Shown here: piece after piece, positions 23,252 through 36,244 of the stretch
Numbering within the stretch: position 1 is the stretch's first letter
Layout of the letters: every line of letters begins with the position of its first letter
From: Octopus vulgaris
Taxonomy: Eukaryota
Direction: 5' to 3'
Assembly: GCA_951406725.2 (NCBI GenBank)
Contig: OX597817.1
Coordinates: forward strand, 106,268,001 to 106,332,000
Length of the DNA stretch: 64,000 nucleotides
Notes under the pieces: generated by a model
Seen by the model: only the letters and a program-made list of their open reading frames with translations
What the model was told of the DNA's origin: nothing
Database searches by the model: none
Translations under genes and position numbers: made by a program

Positions 23252-26200
23252 CTATGATTTTTCCAGGCTTGCTGTTATAAGATAATTAATAATGTGTCAA
23301 TTAATAATTTAGGATTTTAACTTATAAAATACTGAAAGATATTTCAATTTTTCCATGTAAGTGATGATACTATTTCAATTTTTTTCGTGTTTAGTTTAAA
23401 TATATGTTGTGATTGAATTATTTGATATTACCCATCTGCACCAAATTAATGGCAGGGAATTTTACCATCTTGTTGGTTGCACCATGGCTCACCATAAGTT
23501 ACAAACAAGACCCCAAAAACCATCAGTTACCAGACTCACCTTAAGTAACCTAGATTTTGAGTTGGTGATAATAGCACTGACTGTTGCTAATCTAAATCTA
23601 TCAATAATTATTCAGTACAACAGTAATTATAAAAGCTTATCAGGTATACACAAGTTAAAATTACCTACATCCCATTAATATAAATTTGATTTATGAAAAA
23701 TCCCTTTTAATTAATTTTGAAATTTAGAAAGTAAATTTAGAATAAAGCACTTTTAACCAATTTTATGGACAGCCTTACTACATGCCTTCAGGTCTGCCCA
23801 TAGGGACATAGCCAAAAATGACTATATTCCTGCCCCAATAAATTTAGATGCACATATTTGAAGCATATAACACATTAATGAACTAGCCTGATAAAATAAT
23901 TAACTAAAAAGAAAAGGGAAGCAACTAAAAATGAAAAGCAAAACAAGCTTTCTGCAAGTTAAAAGAGAAAATTAATAATAAAAGTTAAACTTACCCTAAT
24001 TCAACAGCATATTAAAAATAATTCTAAATATTTCATTAAAAAAGCAAAATATATGAAAGGTAAAGTCAACCTCGGAGGAATTTGAACTCAGAATGAAAAG
24101 ACAGACAAAATACCACTAAACATTTCACCCAGCACGTTAATGTTTCTGCCAACTCACTGCCATAAAATGCAAACATTCATTTTAGAAATATATTCTTATT
24201 TTAACATTATTCCTTGAAGCATTACTAATTACTTCCTCACTTACTGACAATAAATTTCATGAGATTTCACCTCATAACTTTTTTCTACTAATTTATGTTC
24301 AATGCTACTAACCTAGTGATGCCATCAGATGGTGTAAGGGTGGTTCTGTATGCTACAGCCCTTGAGAGGCAGGATCCTTCTAGCAGACAGGTGGTGAGGT
24401 TTCAACGGTTGCAGGTTGAGTTTGGTGGTTGTGAGGGTGCGTTTTTATGTCTGTTGATGTGTACAATGTTAGAAGTGATGTTGTCTAAGCAGGAGTAGCT
24501 CACCTTGACGTTATGGGGTTGAAGAGTTTGTAATACTTATGACCTCCGGGGAAATGTTTTTTTAATTAACAACAGGAAGCCCCTGAATATGTTTCCTTTC
24601 TAATCACATACTTTCAGGTTCAGTCTTGCATGGCACCTTGGGAAAATGCTTTTTAATATAGCTCTGGGTCCACCAAAACAATGTGAGTGGATTTTGTCAA
24701 TGAAAACTAGAAGAAGCCCATTGTATATATATGTGCATATGTTTGTGTCTCCTTGTCTTGACATTGTATGATAGTTGTAAACAAGTGGTGTCCATGTTGT
24801 GTTCTTCATTTATCCACCATGGGGAATATTACCTTACTTAAAAACAGGTGAGTGTTGGCAATAAGAAGGGCATCCAGTCATGTAAAATCTGGCTCAATGC
24901 ATTCCATGTGATCCATGCAAGGAAGGAAGAGTGAAATCAGTTAAAATAGTGATGATGATTATGATGACTCGAGGAGACCCATCCACCACAGCAGAATTGA
25001 TACTGGTGCTGATGCCACATAAAAAGCACTGATACTGGTGTCACATAAAGAGCGCCCATGCTTGTGCCATGTTAAATGCACTGGTGTTGGTGCCACATAA
25101 AAAGCACCCAATACATTCTGTGGAGTGATTGGCACTAGGAAGGATATCCAGCCACAGGAATCATTTCAGAACAGACAATAGAACTTGGTGTAGCCCTCGG
25201 CCTTACCAGCTCTGGAAAACAGATGTTAAATGATGATGATAATGCTGCTGCTGCTGCTGATGATGATGATGGTGATAATGATGTATATATACATATATAT
25301 ACACACACACATGAATGCATATGTGTGTGTGTGTATGTATTGATTTTAATGGTATTTAAATCCATGAGGCTGTTGAAATGACACAGAAGTTCAATAAAGT
25401 CATTGAGGAAATATATACCGAACTTTAAAGTAATAACTGGAGATGATATGTTTGAATAAGACCTTGAAGTCATTGCCCCTGCATAGCTAAAAGACTAAAT
25501 GTATAAAAATATATAAATACCATGCTTAATTAATTAACCTAGATCAATTATACTCACAACAATTACCTTATTATATTTAATATGCTTGACACAACGGTGT
25601 CTTTAGTTAAACTCCTGGTTTAACCTTTACATATGTATTTATACACACTCCTACATACATGCGTGTGTGTGTGTGTGTGTGTGTGTGTGCATGTGTGTGT
25701 GTGTGTGTGTGTAATACACAAGCAGGCAAACATAAATGCATACAGAAAATCTTAGCACTATTTTCTATTCTTGTGGCAAAATATTTCTTTTGTATACTAA
25801 AATACAATTCAGAAACACTACAAACAAGGAGAGAAGGCAAGAGACAGACAGAGAGAGAAAAATAAAATACAATAACTAAAGATGCAGTGATGTCACAAAC
25901 TTTGTAACATCATGATATTCCGGCACTACTCCTTTGTATTCATGCTTACACCCCCACTTCCTTCACTTACACACTCTTCCTCTTGCACATATCTCTATCT
26001 ATCTCTCCCTCTCCCTCACCTTTGTATCTTTCTCTATTTAAGTTACTTCTCTTAACATTATGCAAGAGGTAGGTAGGTAAGAACATACTATTGTATTATT
26101 GTAATATAGATATGGAATAAATTGCAATATCTGATATCCTTGATCGTTTCTGAGAGTCTTTTGATAGCACAAGTAATATATATAAATATATAGCCAACAT

Positions 26201-27189
26201 GTGCTGGTGGCACATAAAAGGCATTTGTGCCAGTGACACATAAAAAGCACCCATGCCAATGAGACATAAAAGACACCCAGTTCACTCTGTGGAGTGGATG
26301 GTATTAGGAAGGGCATCTGGCCATAGAAATCAAGCCAAAACAGACAATGGAACCTAGTTTGACTGTCAGCCTTGCCAGCACCAGTCAAATCATCTTACTT
26401 ATGTCAGCATGGAAAATGGATACTAAATGATGATGGTGATGATGATGATGAACACATACAGGTATTCAGAGTAGAATCACGCAACTAAATGTGCAACACT
26501 CATTCCCAGTTTTTGCCATTCTGTAAACCCTTTTGTCACTGTGTTTCATTTAAAATACATTGCTAATGTTACAATTAATTTTGAAAATAAACGAAGAACT
26601 TAGTGCAATAATATTTTGAGATAATTTTTAGTTGGTGCTTCAAACCTAAATTAGCATGAAACTTTGAGGGAAGGTTTTAATTTAAATTAGTTTAAAACAA
26701 GAAGTCTGTATCATAGACCCAGTGGCAGTCTCGAGTGAGTTGGTATCAAAAAGGTTAATTTTGTTGGCATAGTACCATCATGCTGTTCTGGGGCAGTTTC
26801 TTTTTTGGATTTCATTCAGACACTATATATATATATATATATATATATTAGATCCTCTACATAGAGGTACATGAAACTTTTTTGATTTCTTGAAGAGAAA
26901 AACCTACTAGAGTCCAAACCTAAAAGACTAACTGAATCTCAGTGGTCCACCAGATTTGATACAAAGAACTCACAAAGGGTTCTGAAGAAATAGTGAATGT
27001 ACAGCTTGATATATTTTGAGAACAAATTCTTTTAATCAGAAATGTGTTTCAATTTGTTTGAGGATTTATTATGTAGCAAAAAGATTGATTTTGATTGAGA
27101 TGGGACTCTACCATAAATTAATCATCATCATTTTATAAATATGTTATTTTTGTTTTCACTTGTCTAAAAGTAATAGCTAAATACAAAAA

Positions 27190-27810
27190 CAGAAGGACTT
27201 CTACCATGAAAAGAGGATTACATCAGAATCTTTGATGAAAACGTGAAGGAATCCACTGAAAAACTTCAACTTGGCTGCAACTGGAAGTCCAGCAGGACAA
27301 TGATCCGAAACATACTGCCAAGGTAGTGAAGAAATGGTTCAAGGACAATGATGTCAATGTCCTAGAATGGCCAAGTCAGAGTCCTGACCTGAATCCGATC
27401 GAGAACTTGTGGTAAAAGTTGAAGACCAGAGTGATGGCTAGGAAACCGAGAAATGTGACCCAGTTCGAGGCTTTCACCAAAAAAGAATGGACCAATATCC
27501 CACAGGAGAGATGCAGGAAGCTTGTGGACATGTACATGAATCGTCTAGAAGCAGTCATAAAAAAACCAAGGCTATGCTATTGATTATTAAAGGAAAACAT
27601 TAGCCTCAGTAAACCTACCATTGAAAATAATTTTGAACATGGCATCTTTTGAAAATCTATGAATAAAATACCCCTGAAATGAAGAATTTCTTGAATTGTG
27701 TATTGCTGTTATTCTTTCACTTGTTGGTCACATATAACTGATAAACAAACTTGACAAAATGCTGTCATCCCAAAAATTAACAAGAGTATGAATAATTCTG
27801 GGGGCAACTG
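27190..27810 (+). mobile_element. Tc1 transposon 3' portion
   Basis: [44 protein letters not shown]...GYAIDY (DD34E C-terminus); right TIR ends ...aattctgggggcaactg|TA. Confidence 0.9.
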
Positions 27811-29004
27811 TATGTATGTCAACGTTGTATATCAGTGACAGATGCTATATCAGTGAAAACTGAAGAACAGGTGCTTCACAAACAAAATCGCTTGAGATAT
27901 TTGTCCTGCAGCAAATTAGATATTTCTTTGTCACTCATGCATTGACAATACAACAATCCAGTGACTGGCTCTTTGAGAAACCTGTAATCAATAATGCTAT
28001 TATCCACAGATCACTAGATAAATAAAATTAAAGTAAATGAACAAAATTCTAACACAAAATTAATTGACAAGATGTTAATTGGGTTCATAGATCTGGGATA
28101 CATCTTTGGACATGGTACTAAATTGATATCAGTGAAATATATATGTGGAATCACCAAAAATTGCCTGCTGTAAAATACTATACATATAGTCAAGCAATTC
28201 CTACTTCTATGATATTTGATGAAACTATTTTGCTATTATTTCATTTATCGTTCCTTGGAGGTGTGGGTCCAAAAACAGGACTAACATCCTCATCCAGATG
28301 CCAGGTTTGAATCTCTCTTAGTTTTCTCTACTGGTTCAACATGATTGGTATTAGCTAACTTTACCTACTGGATCACTTAGCAGCCACCTCATGATGACAA
28401 TGTGTAACAGCATTAAGGACCTGGTGAAGGATCCATGAACCCTAGAAAATAGTGAACATATACAAAAATGCTATGGTTAGGCCTCAGTAGAACAGCAGTT
28501 AACTTGCACTGATGGAGATATTGTGAATCCCCTTTATCCTTCTTGTATGGCTCAGCCACCTAAATCTTGGGTGGGATGTGGAACAATCAATGAAGCTGAT
28601 AAGATATTCATCAATATTGGATTTCAAATATAAATTTGGAAGTGTGAGAGACACCATATAAAGCAACAATAAACTTGTTTATCATTCATTAGTTGTTTTA
28701 TCTGTTTACAGACTCCTCAATGTTTGTTAATCAATATAGTTTTAATACTCCTAGTCTCAGTTCTCTCCTTCACCCCTACCCCCACGCTAAGAAGCATCCA
28801 TCAAGCGAACAGAAATTCAAGCTATTCAATGGAATCAAATCTCATTAACTTCAGCTGGCTGAGAAGGTTACAGAGATCATGAACACCATCCATCCTTCTG
28901 TAGCTACATAATGTTCTAAAATACTGCAAGCAAATATTGCTAATATAGATTGGCAGAAAGGGGTGGGGGAGTAATTGCTCAATATGAAGTTAGAGAAGGC
29001 AAAC

Positions 29005-29091
29005 AGGTGGTGGTGGTGGTGGTGGTGGTGGTGGTGGTGGTGGTGGTGGTGGTGGTGGTGGTGGTGGTGGTAGTGGTGGTGGTGGTGATGG

Positions 29092-29134
<43 letters not shown>

Positions 29135-29141
29135 GAAGAAG

Positions 29142-29171
<30 letters not shown>
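29005..29171. repeat. Compound trinucleotide microsatellite (GGT)n-(GAT)n-(GAA)n
   Basis: Directly visible; it abuts a SINE head at about 29172. Confidence 0.97.
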
Positions 29172-29172
<1 letters not shown>

Positions 29173-29308
29173 TGCAGGCATGATTGTGTAGTAAGAAGTT
29201 TCATAACTACATGCATGGCACCTTAAGCAAGAGTCTCCTACTTCAGCCTTGGGCCAACCTAAAAGCCTTGTGATTGGATTTAGTAGATGGAAACTGAAAG
29301 AAGCTCGT

Positions 29309-29354
<46 letters not shown>

Positions 29355-30519
29355 AAAGTATATACATATATATATGTAAGTAGTATGTGTGTGTTTTATA
29401 CCTTGACATCCCATGATAATTCTAAATGATCGTCACTGTCATACAAGCTGTGTTATTCATTTCCAATATTCTACAAATCATGTCTGGTCATGAGGAAATA
29501 TTATCTTGGCTTGGAAACAGATGAGAGTTGGTAGCAGGGAGGGCATCTGATCATAAATAATCTGTTTCAATAAAACTTCATCGACCGATGCAAGCATGGA
29601 AAAGTGGATATTAAAATGATGACGACAACGAGTATGGCTAGAAAAACAAAAACAAAAAAAGCAATATTATTCGGTGACAAATTTTAATTTATTTATTTTG
29701 CTAAATACAGGAATCAACTCTGGATATGATACAGAATTATTATGACCTTGTCAGTAAAGCATAAACTTCAGGAAACATGTTAAAACAGTGATGGAAGGAT
29801 CAGTGGTGTAACAGTTCTCAGTTCTTGAAGGCAAAGATACTTTCGGTACACCTGCCTTGGTGAAAATGAGGTGATAGGGTTGAGGAAGTTTTGTGCCTCT
29901 TCATATATATGTGCTCTGAGGCAACCACCCTCTAGGCCATTTCTTGCTGTACCTCTGGTCTTCAACAGATAATAAAAGGTGTTTAATTGAGTGTTCTAAT
30001 GATCTGTAAAGGTCAATCACCTAAACAAGCTGTTCAATTAGATTAACACCACTGGAGTCTGACAGTGAGGAATATTTTGAAAGTGTGGAATGTTTAAGTG
30101 GGTACAGTTCAGTTATATAAGCTTAATTCCATTTTCGCATATCAGAGTATTATATAACGTCTGCCAAGAAATTATGTAAACTAAAACAAATTAAGATTGA
30201 AATTTAGGTTTTAAACTTTTTTTAATGTTTTAATGAGAAATCATGTATACATATGTACAGACAAATACACACACACACACATGCACATATTTGCATATGT
30301 ACCTGTGTTCAAGTTTATATTTATGGGAAGATTCCAAATTAGTAGAGAATAATGCTATCTAATCATTTCTGTTTGAATGATGAGTCGCTCAAGAACACCC
30401 AAGTGGTTCATTTGCAGCTGTACTGCTGCAGGACATGTGAGGAACACTGCCTGCTGTAACTAGAAAAATTTAATGCCTTTACCAATTGGGAGGTATCTTC
30501 CCACCATTGAAATGCCTGC

Positions 30520-30690
30520 AAAACTACTACGTATTAAGGCATGGGCACACAGGGCAGTTGTCCAGGGGCTTCAGGAGTCTAAGGGCCCAGTTCTGATCTA
30601 TGTATGCAATTGTAAGCTGTTAATAAACACTATAGAGCCCAGTGCATTGATTCACTCATAGACCTATAATGCTGCAAAGATGGACCCGTT
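30520..30690. mobile_element. hAT-like MITE remnant
   Basis: taaggcatgggcacacagggcagttgtccagggg ... cagtgcattg..acctataatgctg.aaagatggaccc; related to 49561-49869. Confidence 0.55.
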
Positions 30691-30899
30691 ATCAGAAAAA
30701 CAAAGGTAACTTTCATACACTGTATAGTTTGGAAGTTCCCTTTCCCTTCCAAATTACAGTAGAACTTTGGTTCTCTACTAAGAAGATATATACTGACTTT
30801 ACAGAATATTCCCACTAAAAAGTCTATTATATGTTCTGACTATTTTGCTTCCCATTCCATGCTTAATTCACACAATAGAACTTCTCCTATAGTTCCCAC

Positions 30900-31760
30900 T
30901 CTATCTCCCTCAGCGATGTGTACATTTTAATCATGAAGTATGAAAACTTAGATACCTTATATTTAGGAAAGTAAGCTTTCTATTACTTTCTAATAGTAAA
31001 CTCTTGAACTAGCTCTTATCTTCACCAGACTTTTCCATCTTTCTCTTTTCCCAAGGACCTATCCTATTCCATGGAAACACACAGCAATGTGGCCCATTTC
31101 CAAGAAAGGTTCCCCTATCAAACTATACCAGCTACTGATCTATCACCCTTACTTTATACATTTCAAAGGCTGAGTTAACAAGGCAGTTGCTATATAGTTG
31201 CTTGACCTTGTAGAAATAGCAGCCAAATTTTCTTTACATCACAGCCAAACCATCTTAAAAATGGACATTTGTATAATTTGGTTCTAGGTTCTCTGCACAC
31301 AGGTAAAGATGGAATAGTCGCATTCATGAGCCTCTAATCATAAATCTACTTGATCAGAGTTGACATAGGGTGAAACAACATCAACAAAATCTTAAAGATT
31401 ATAGAAACAGTTGCTAACTTCTTCCATCTCTTTGTGACAGTCTCACTTCTAAATGACCACTAGTATAGTTTCTGTTGAGCCAGAGTTACCAGAATCTCTA
31501 TCTCATATGTTACACAGCAGTATTTTTTCAGCCTAGAAAAATTCAGGGAAATCAATGTTGTTGCCTTGACAATAAATATGTTTGGTATAAGAACCTTGTC
31601 ACTAAGTTGCCTACCTTCTGTCTGTCTGTAAGTCTTGGACTGAAAATTTCCTCTCAGACTGGCCGATAGCAACATGAACTGAGAGGATTCTCCATTGTCC
31701 ACAATTTAGAAACTCTGATGTTCTCTGAGGCTTGGTTACAGTTCTCCCACACCTCTCTTC
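30900..31760 (+). mobile_element. Decayed CR1/Jockey-like LINE RT, interrupted by a short repeat (~31165-31390)
   Basis: YPIPWKHTAMWPISKKGS (cf. FP..WK.A.V.PIPKKG); SLEKFREINVVAL..VWYKNLVTKLP. Confidence 0.6.
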
Positions 31761-32607
31761 ATTATATTATTGACCTTTGAGTGAGGGTCGGAAAACTACA
31801 GGGAAAATAATACAGGATCCATTTCTATAAAATATTCAATATAATATGGTAGTTTTCTATATGTGAGAGGTATAGCATTGACTAAATGTATGGCATGCAA
31901 ATGGGGCCTATATGAGGTGGGTACAGATGAAACATTTGAATCTGAAAATTTCCTTGGAACTCAGAAAAGGTTTGCATATATTGAAGACTAGCATTCACAT
32001 AAAGAAAGGAAGTATAAAAGAAACTTTATTCTCTCAGATAAAATTCTTTTGAAAGGCTCTGAGTTGCAGGCTTCTTGAATGATTGGTTGGTTGTACAATC
32101 ACATTACTTATTCAATAAGTAGGAAGAGGAGCAAGAAAAAGAAGAGAGAGGGAAGGGGGGAAAGAGAGCAGGACAAGCTGATGGTACAATGCCTAACTCA
32201 CTGGAATCTGATGCACAGCTTCATGGTTCATAATTTCAAGGTTGGACATATTCTCACACACTCTCTGGCCAACCTAATATCACATATCAGTTGACTTTGA
32301 ATACATGCTGTTGTTTCTTCCTTAAGTTATCAATGCAAAAGTAAGCAATATTTTACATTCAATTCTTTTATATTCCTTTTATTCTATTTCCATTGACCTT
32401 TAGCGACATTGAAACTTTAGTGACAAGAAACCAAAATCAGTTGAATAATTATGATAGATAACAAAGAATCTTCATAAGAAATAAATTTACACCAAATAGT
32501 TAACCTAAAACACTCTTGAAGCATTTACAAAATAACAAGCAAGAATATAAGAAGTAAGCTATCAATCAAAACATTACACTAAATAGAATGCCAGTTTTCA
32601 ATTGCAT

Positions 32608-33010
32608 ATTCTTTTATTCTTTTACTTGTTTCAGTCATTTGACTGTGGCCATGCTGGAGTACTGCCATGAAAGATATTTTAGTTGAAGAAATCAACCCCA
32701 GGACTTATTCCTTGCAAGCCTAGTACTTATTCTATCAGTCTCTTTTGCCAAACCACTAAGTTACGGGGACATAAACACACCAGCACCGGTTGTCAAGCGA
32801 TGGCAGGGGGATAAACATAGACACACTCAAATAATATATACATGTGTGTGTGTGTGACAGGCTTCTTTCAATTTCCATCTACCAAATCCACTCACAATGC
32901 TTTGGTTGGCCCAAGCCTATAATTGAAGATACCTGCCCAAGGTGCCATGCAGTGGGACTGAGCCCCAAACCATGTGGTTAGGAAGTAAGCTTTTTACCAC
33001 ACAGCCACAC
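32608..33010 (-). mobile_element. Major SINE, near full length
   Basis: Complete tail and head motifs. Confidence 0.88.
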
Positions 33011-33489
33011 AGTTTCAGTCAAATATTGCTTACTTTTGCATTGCTAAATTAAGGAAGAAACGACAGCATTTATTCAACATCAACTGATGTGTGAAATTAG
33101 GTTAGCCATAAAACAGTGGCAAATCATAATATTAACAAATATAAAAAAAAAGAAGAAAAAGCAAAAAGAAGCAGTTATGTCTGTCAGAAAATGCATAATC
33201 AAACAGATATATTTACCACTGCATTTTTCTCAGTTTATGAACTGACAAATGTAATGTTTGTTAAATATTACATAAATATGTAATTGAATTAATAAATCTC
33301 AAGAATCCAGTGAAACATCTTTTGTTTTAACCAATATTCAAAAATGCTGCCAAAATTGAGTTAGCAATAATGTGGAAATAGACAAAGTACCCTATAAGAG
33401 AAATAATATTAACAATAATTTCTGTTTAAATTTGTTGATCAGAAATTGAGATTATCCAAGCCTTCACTATCTATCATTCTGACACAGTA

Positions 33490-33976
33490 CCATAAATCCT
33501 CAAGTATAATCCGCATTTTTCCCCCAAAATATAAAGGTCAAAATACCTAGTGCATACTATATATGAGGTTAAAAATGAAAATATTTTCTAAGCAATGTCC
33601 GAGTCTCTATTTGCTGTCCAGCAATGTTTATTCAGACGCATTTTGTGATGTCGGGTGTGAAAATACCTTAAGCTAAGCCTGAAAGCAATGAAGTCATAAA
33701 AGAATCATCCATAACTTGCAATAAGCAACATTTATTAAAATAAAAGTATTCAGAACAAAGAATAACATGTAATAAAAACAATTTGCAAACATATTTACAT
33801 TCCCACGCATGCGCGGAAGTGTTTGTTCAACTAGGTACTGCTGGTTTAATTACGCACGACTCAAGTTAAAGAAGGAGTGTGTATTATACACAAGGTTTAG
33901 GTTTTTCAGAGGTACAGCCTCCTAAAAATCCCCTGCGTATTATACTCAAGGCCGGACTATACTCAAGCATTTACGG
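33490..33976. mobile_element. Tc2/pogo-like MITE with TA TSD
   Basis: TA|ccataaatcctcaagtataatccg ... cggactatactcaagcatttacgg|TA, with subterminal tatac repeats. Confidence 0.8.
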
Positions 33977-35727
33977 TATACATAAGCTATCATTGCAGAT
34001 GGTGTTCAACAGCAATTGCATTTATATCTTCTAGACTTTGTATTACAATTTCAATTGTATGAAAGCATCCACAGGTACTACTGCCTACTTTGCTATATTT
34101 CCTAGATGTATAAGGGCTCATTTCATCTTCACTAGTAGCTAGAGCAACTGATTGAAAGTTAACTTACAATTTGGAATTAGAGAACCACATTAGTGATTTT
34201 TAGATTGTGTTTTCTTACTTGTAAATGATGCAAGAAATCCCAACCCATCATCGAGTTATGCCTGTTTTTCTATACTTGCATAGAAAATAATGCCACTTGT
34301 CATGGTCACTCATTATCTTTGCCAATTTTCAACATCCAAAAGCTGAGCTTATCTCCTGATTTTGGGAGTACTCTGTCCAACCAGTAATTTGCCAGTTTGA
34401 ACAGGAAGACCCACAACCAGAGTAGATAATCTAGCAATACGATACTGTGGCTTCATCCCACATTGGATTGAAGACAAGCAAGATGCAAATAAATGAAGTT
34501 TGCTTAAAACATGCTAACTTTGCTTAAGAACAAAAATTGTGTTAGTGTAATTTATTCTACTTTTATAGTCACAATATTATAACTCCAAATATCTACTTTG
34601 CTTAATACTCTTTCTGTTTGAAGAGTGAGCCAGCATACTCATGAAGTGCATTTTGAAGTTATCATCTTCTGGTTTGCTGGCAATATCACTAGTGTAAAAA
34701 ACAAAATTGCTTGAAGTATCGTATAACTATAAATTTTGAACTCAAATCTCATAAGGTCAACTTTGGCTTTCATCTTTTCGAAGGTCAATAAAACAAGTAC
34801 CAGGTGAGTACTGGAATTGATGTCATCAACTATACTCTTCATAAGTGTAGTAAAAGGAAAGTGAGGAGGGCACAAAATTTCTTACAGCTTATCATGCCTG
34901 TTAATTAAAGGTGAGGGAGCCAAAAGAGTTTTTGACCCCAAGAACCACTGCCCACTACACCATTGACACTCTCCCTTGAATTTGAATAGTTGCATCCATG
35001 TGAGAAATCAATATTATAAACAGGGTATGTTTTCATACTTTCACATATTGCGTAGACATTCCATTTAATTGTATTTCAAGTTTTAATAATGATAATAAGT
35101 AAAAAAAAAAACACAAAAGAATAATTCACCACAAGTATAAAGTGAGCAACAACCAATAAAACTACATTATATATAGCCATATGATGTAAGACCTTTTCTT
35201 TCTCTAAATATCATATTTCTGATAATCTGATATTAGGAAATAGTTACTCATTAACTTCTAAGTAGTTAATTAACATATAATTTGATTCGTGGGTACTCTC
35301 TCTCCCTCTCTTCCTCTCTCACTTTTCCCTCTATCCCCTCTCTCTCTCGTAAACATCAAATTAAGGAGAATTGTTGTGTCATGTTGGACATAAGTATGAT
35401 ATATATAATACTTTATATATGAAATTTAGCACAAGTAACAATAATACATTTATATATGGTAACTGACATAAAATTTTACATGGTATTTTTATGTAATTGA
35501 CAGATATATTATATACAATATTTATGTGAAGCGTTTAACATGACTGACATAAGTATAATATAAATATTTGGAGTTTAACATAACAGACAAGATACCTTTA
35601 GTGATAAAAAGAAAATTTTTAAAGAAACAAAAAACATATCTATAAACGTAAATTTGAGAGAGAGACTCTATAGTGTAATCAGTAATATGATCTAAGCAAA
35701 CATACACACACACATATTATGTATATA

Positions 35728-36020
35728 TCTATATATATAAAACTGAGAATGTTCCTGTCTGTCTATCTGTATGTGTGCATCACTAAAACTCAATAACTAC
35801 CCAACCAATTTCATTCAAATTTTACACATGCCTTACTTAGTGTCCATGCAGTGTCGTGGACCAAAAACAATGTTCACCTTCTTGCCTAATGCGAGCCCGG
35901 AGCAATCTCTTATCCCTTATACTATTTCAGTATTATGTGTCAAAAGTAAAACAATAACATGTCCAGTTTAATAGTTTCACTATTAATACTGAAACTATTA
36001 AAGTGAAACTATTATCATAT
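35728..36020 (+). mobile_element. Helitron-like 5' terminus
   Basis: A|TCTATATATATAAAA start, tgtc microsatellite and accaatttcattcaaatttt motif typical of non-autonomous Helitron 5' ends. Confidence 0.6.
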
Positions 36021-36244
36021 ATGCATGCATGTATGTATGTGTATATACATTTGTGCATATGTATGTATATATACAGAATCATATGTATATATATGCGTAT
36101 ATATATATATGTATAAATATATGTATGCATGTATATATGTGTACAAATATATGTATGTATATAGATGTATATGTATAGATGTATATATACAGATTTATAT
36201 GTATATATATTTATATTTATATATGTGTATATGTAGGGCTTAGA

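Noticed and set aside
29760-30110. Possible decayed Tc1 N-terminal fragment on the minus strand
   Set aside because: The similarity is too weak and no clear TIR was found.
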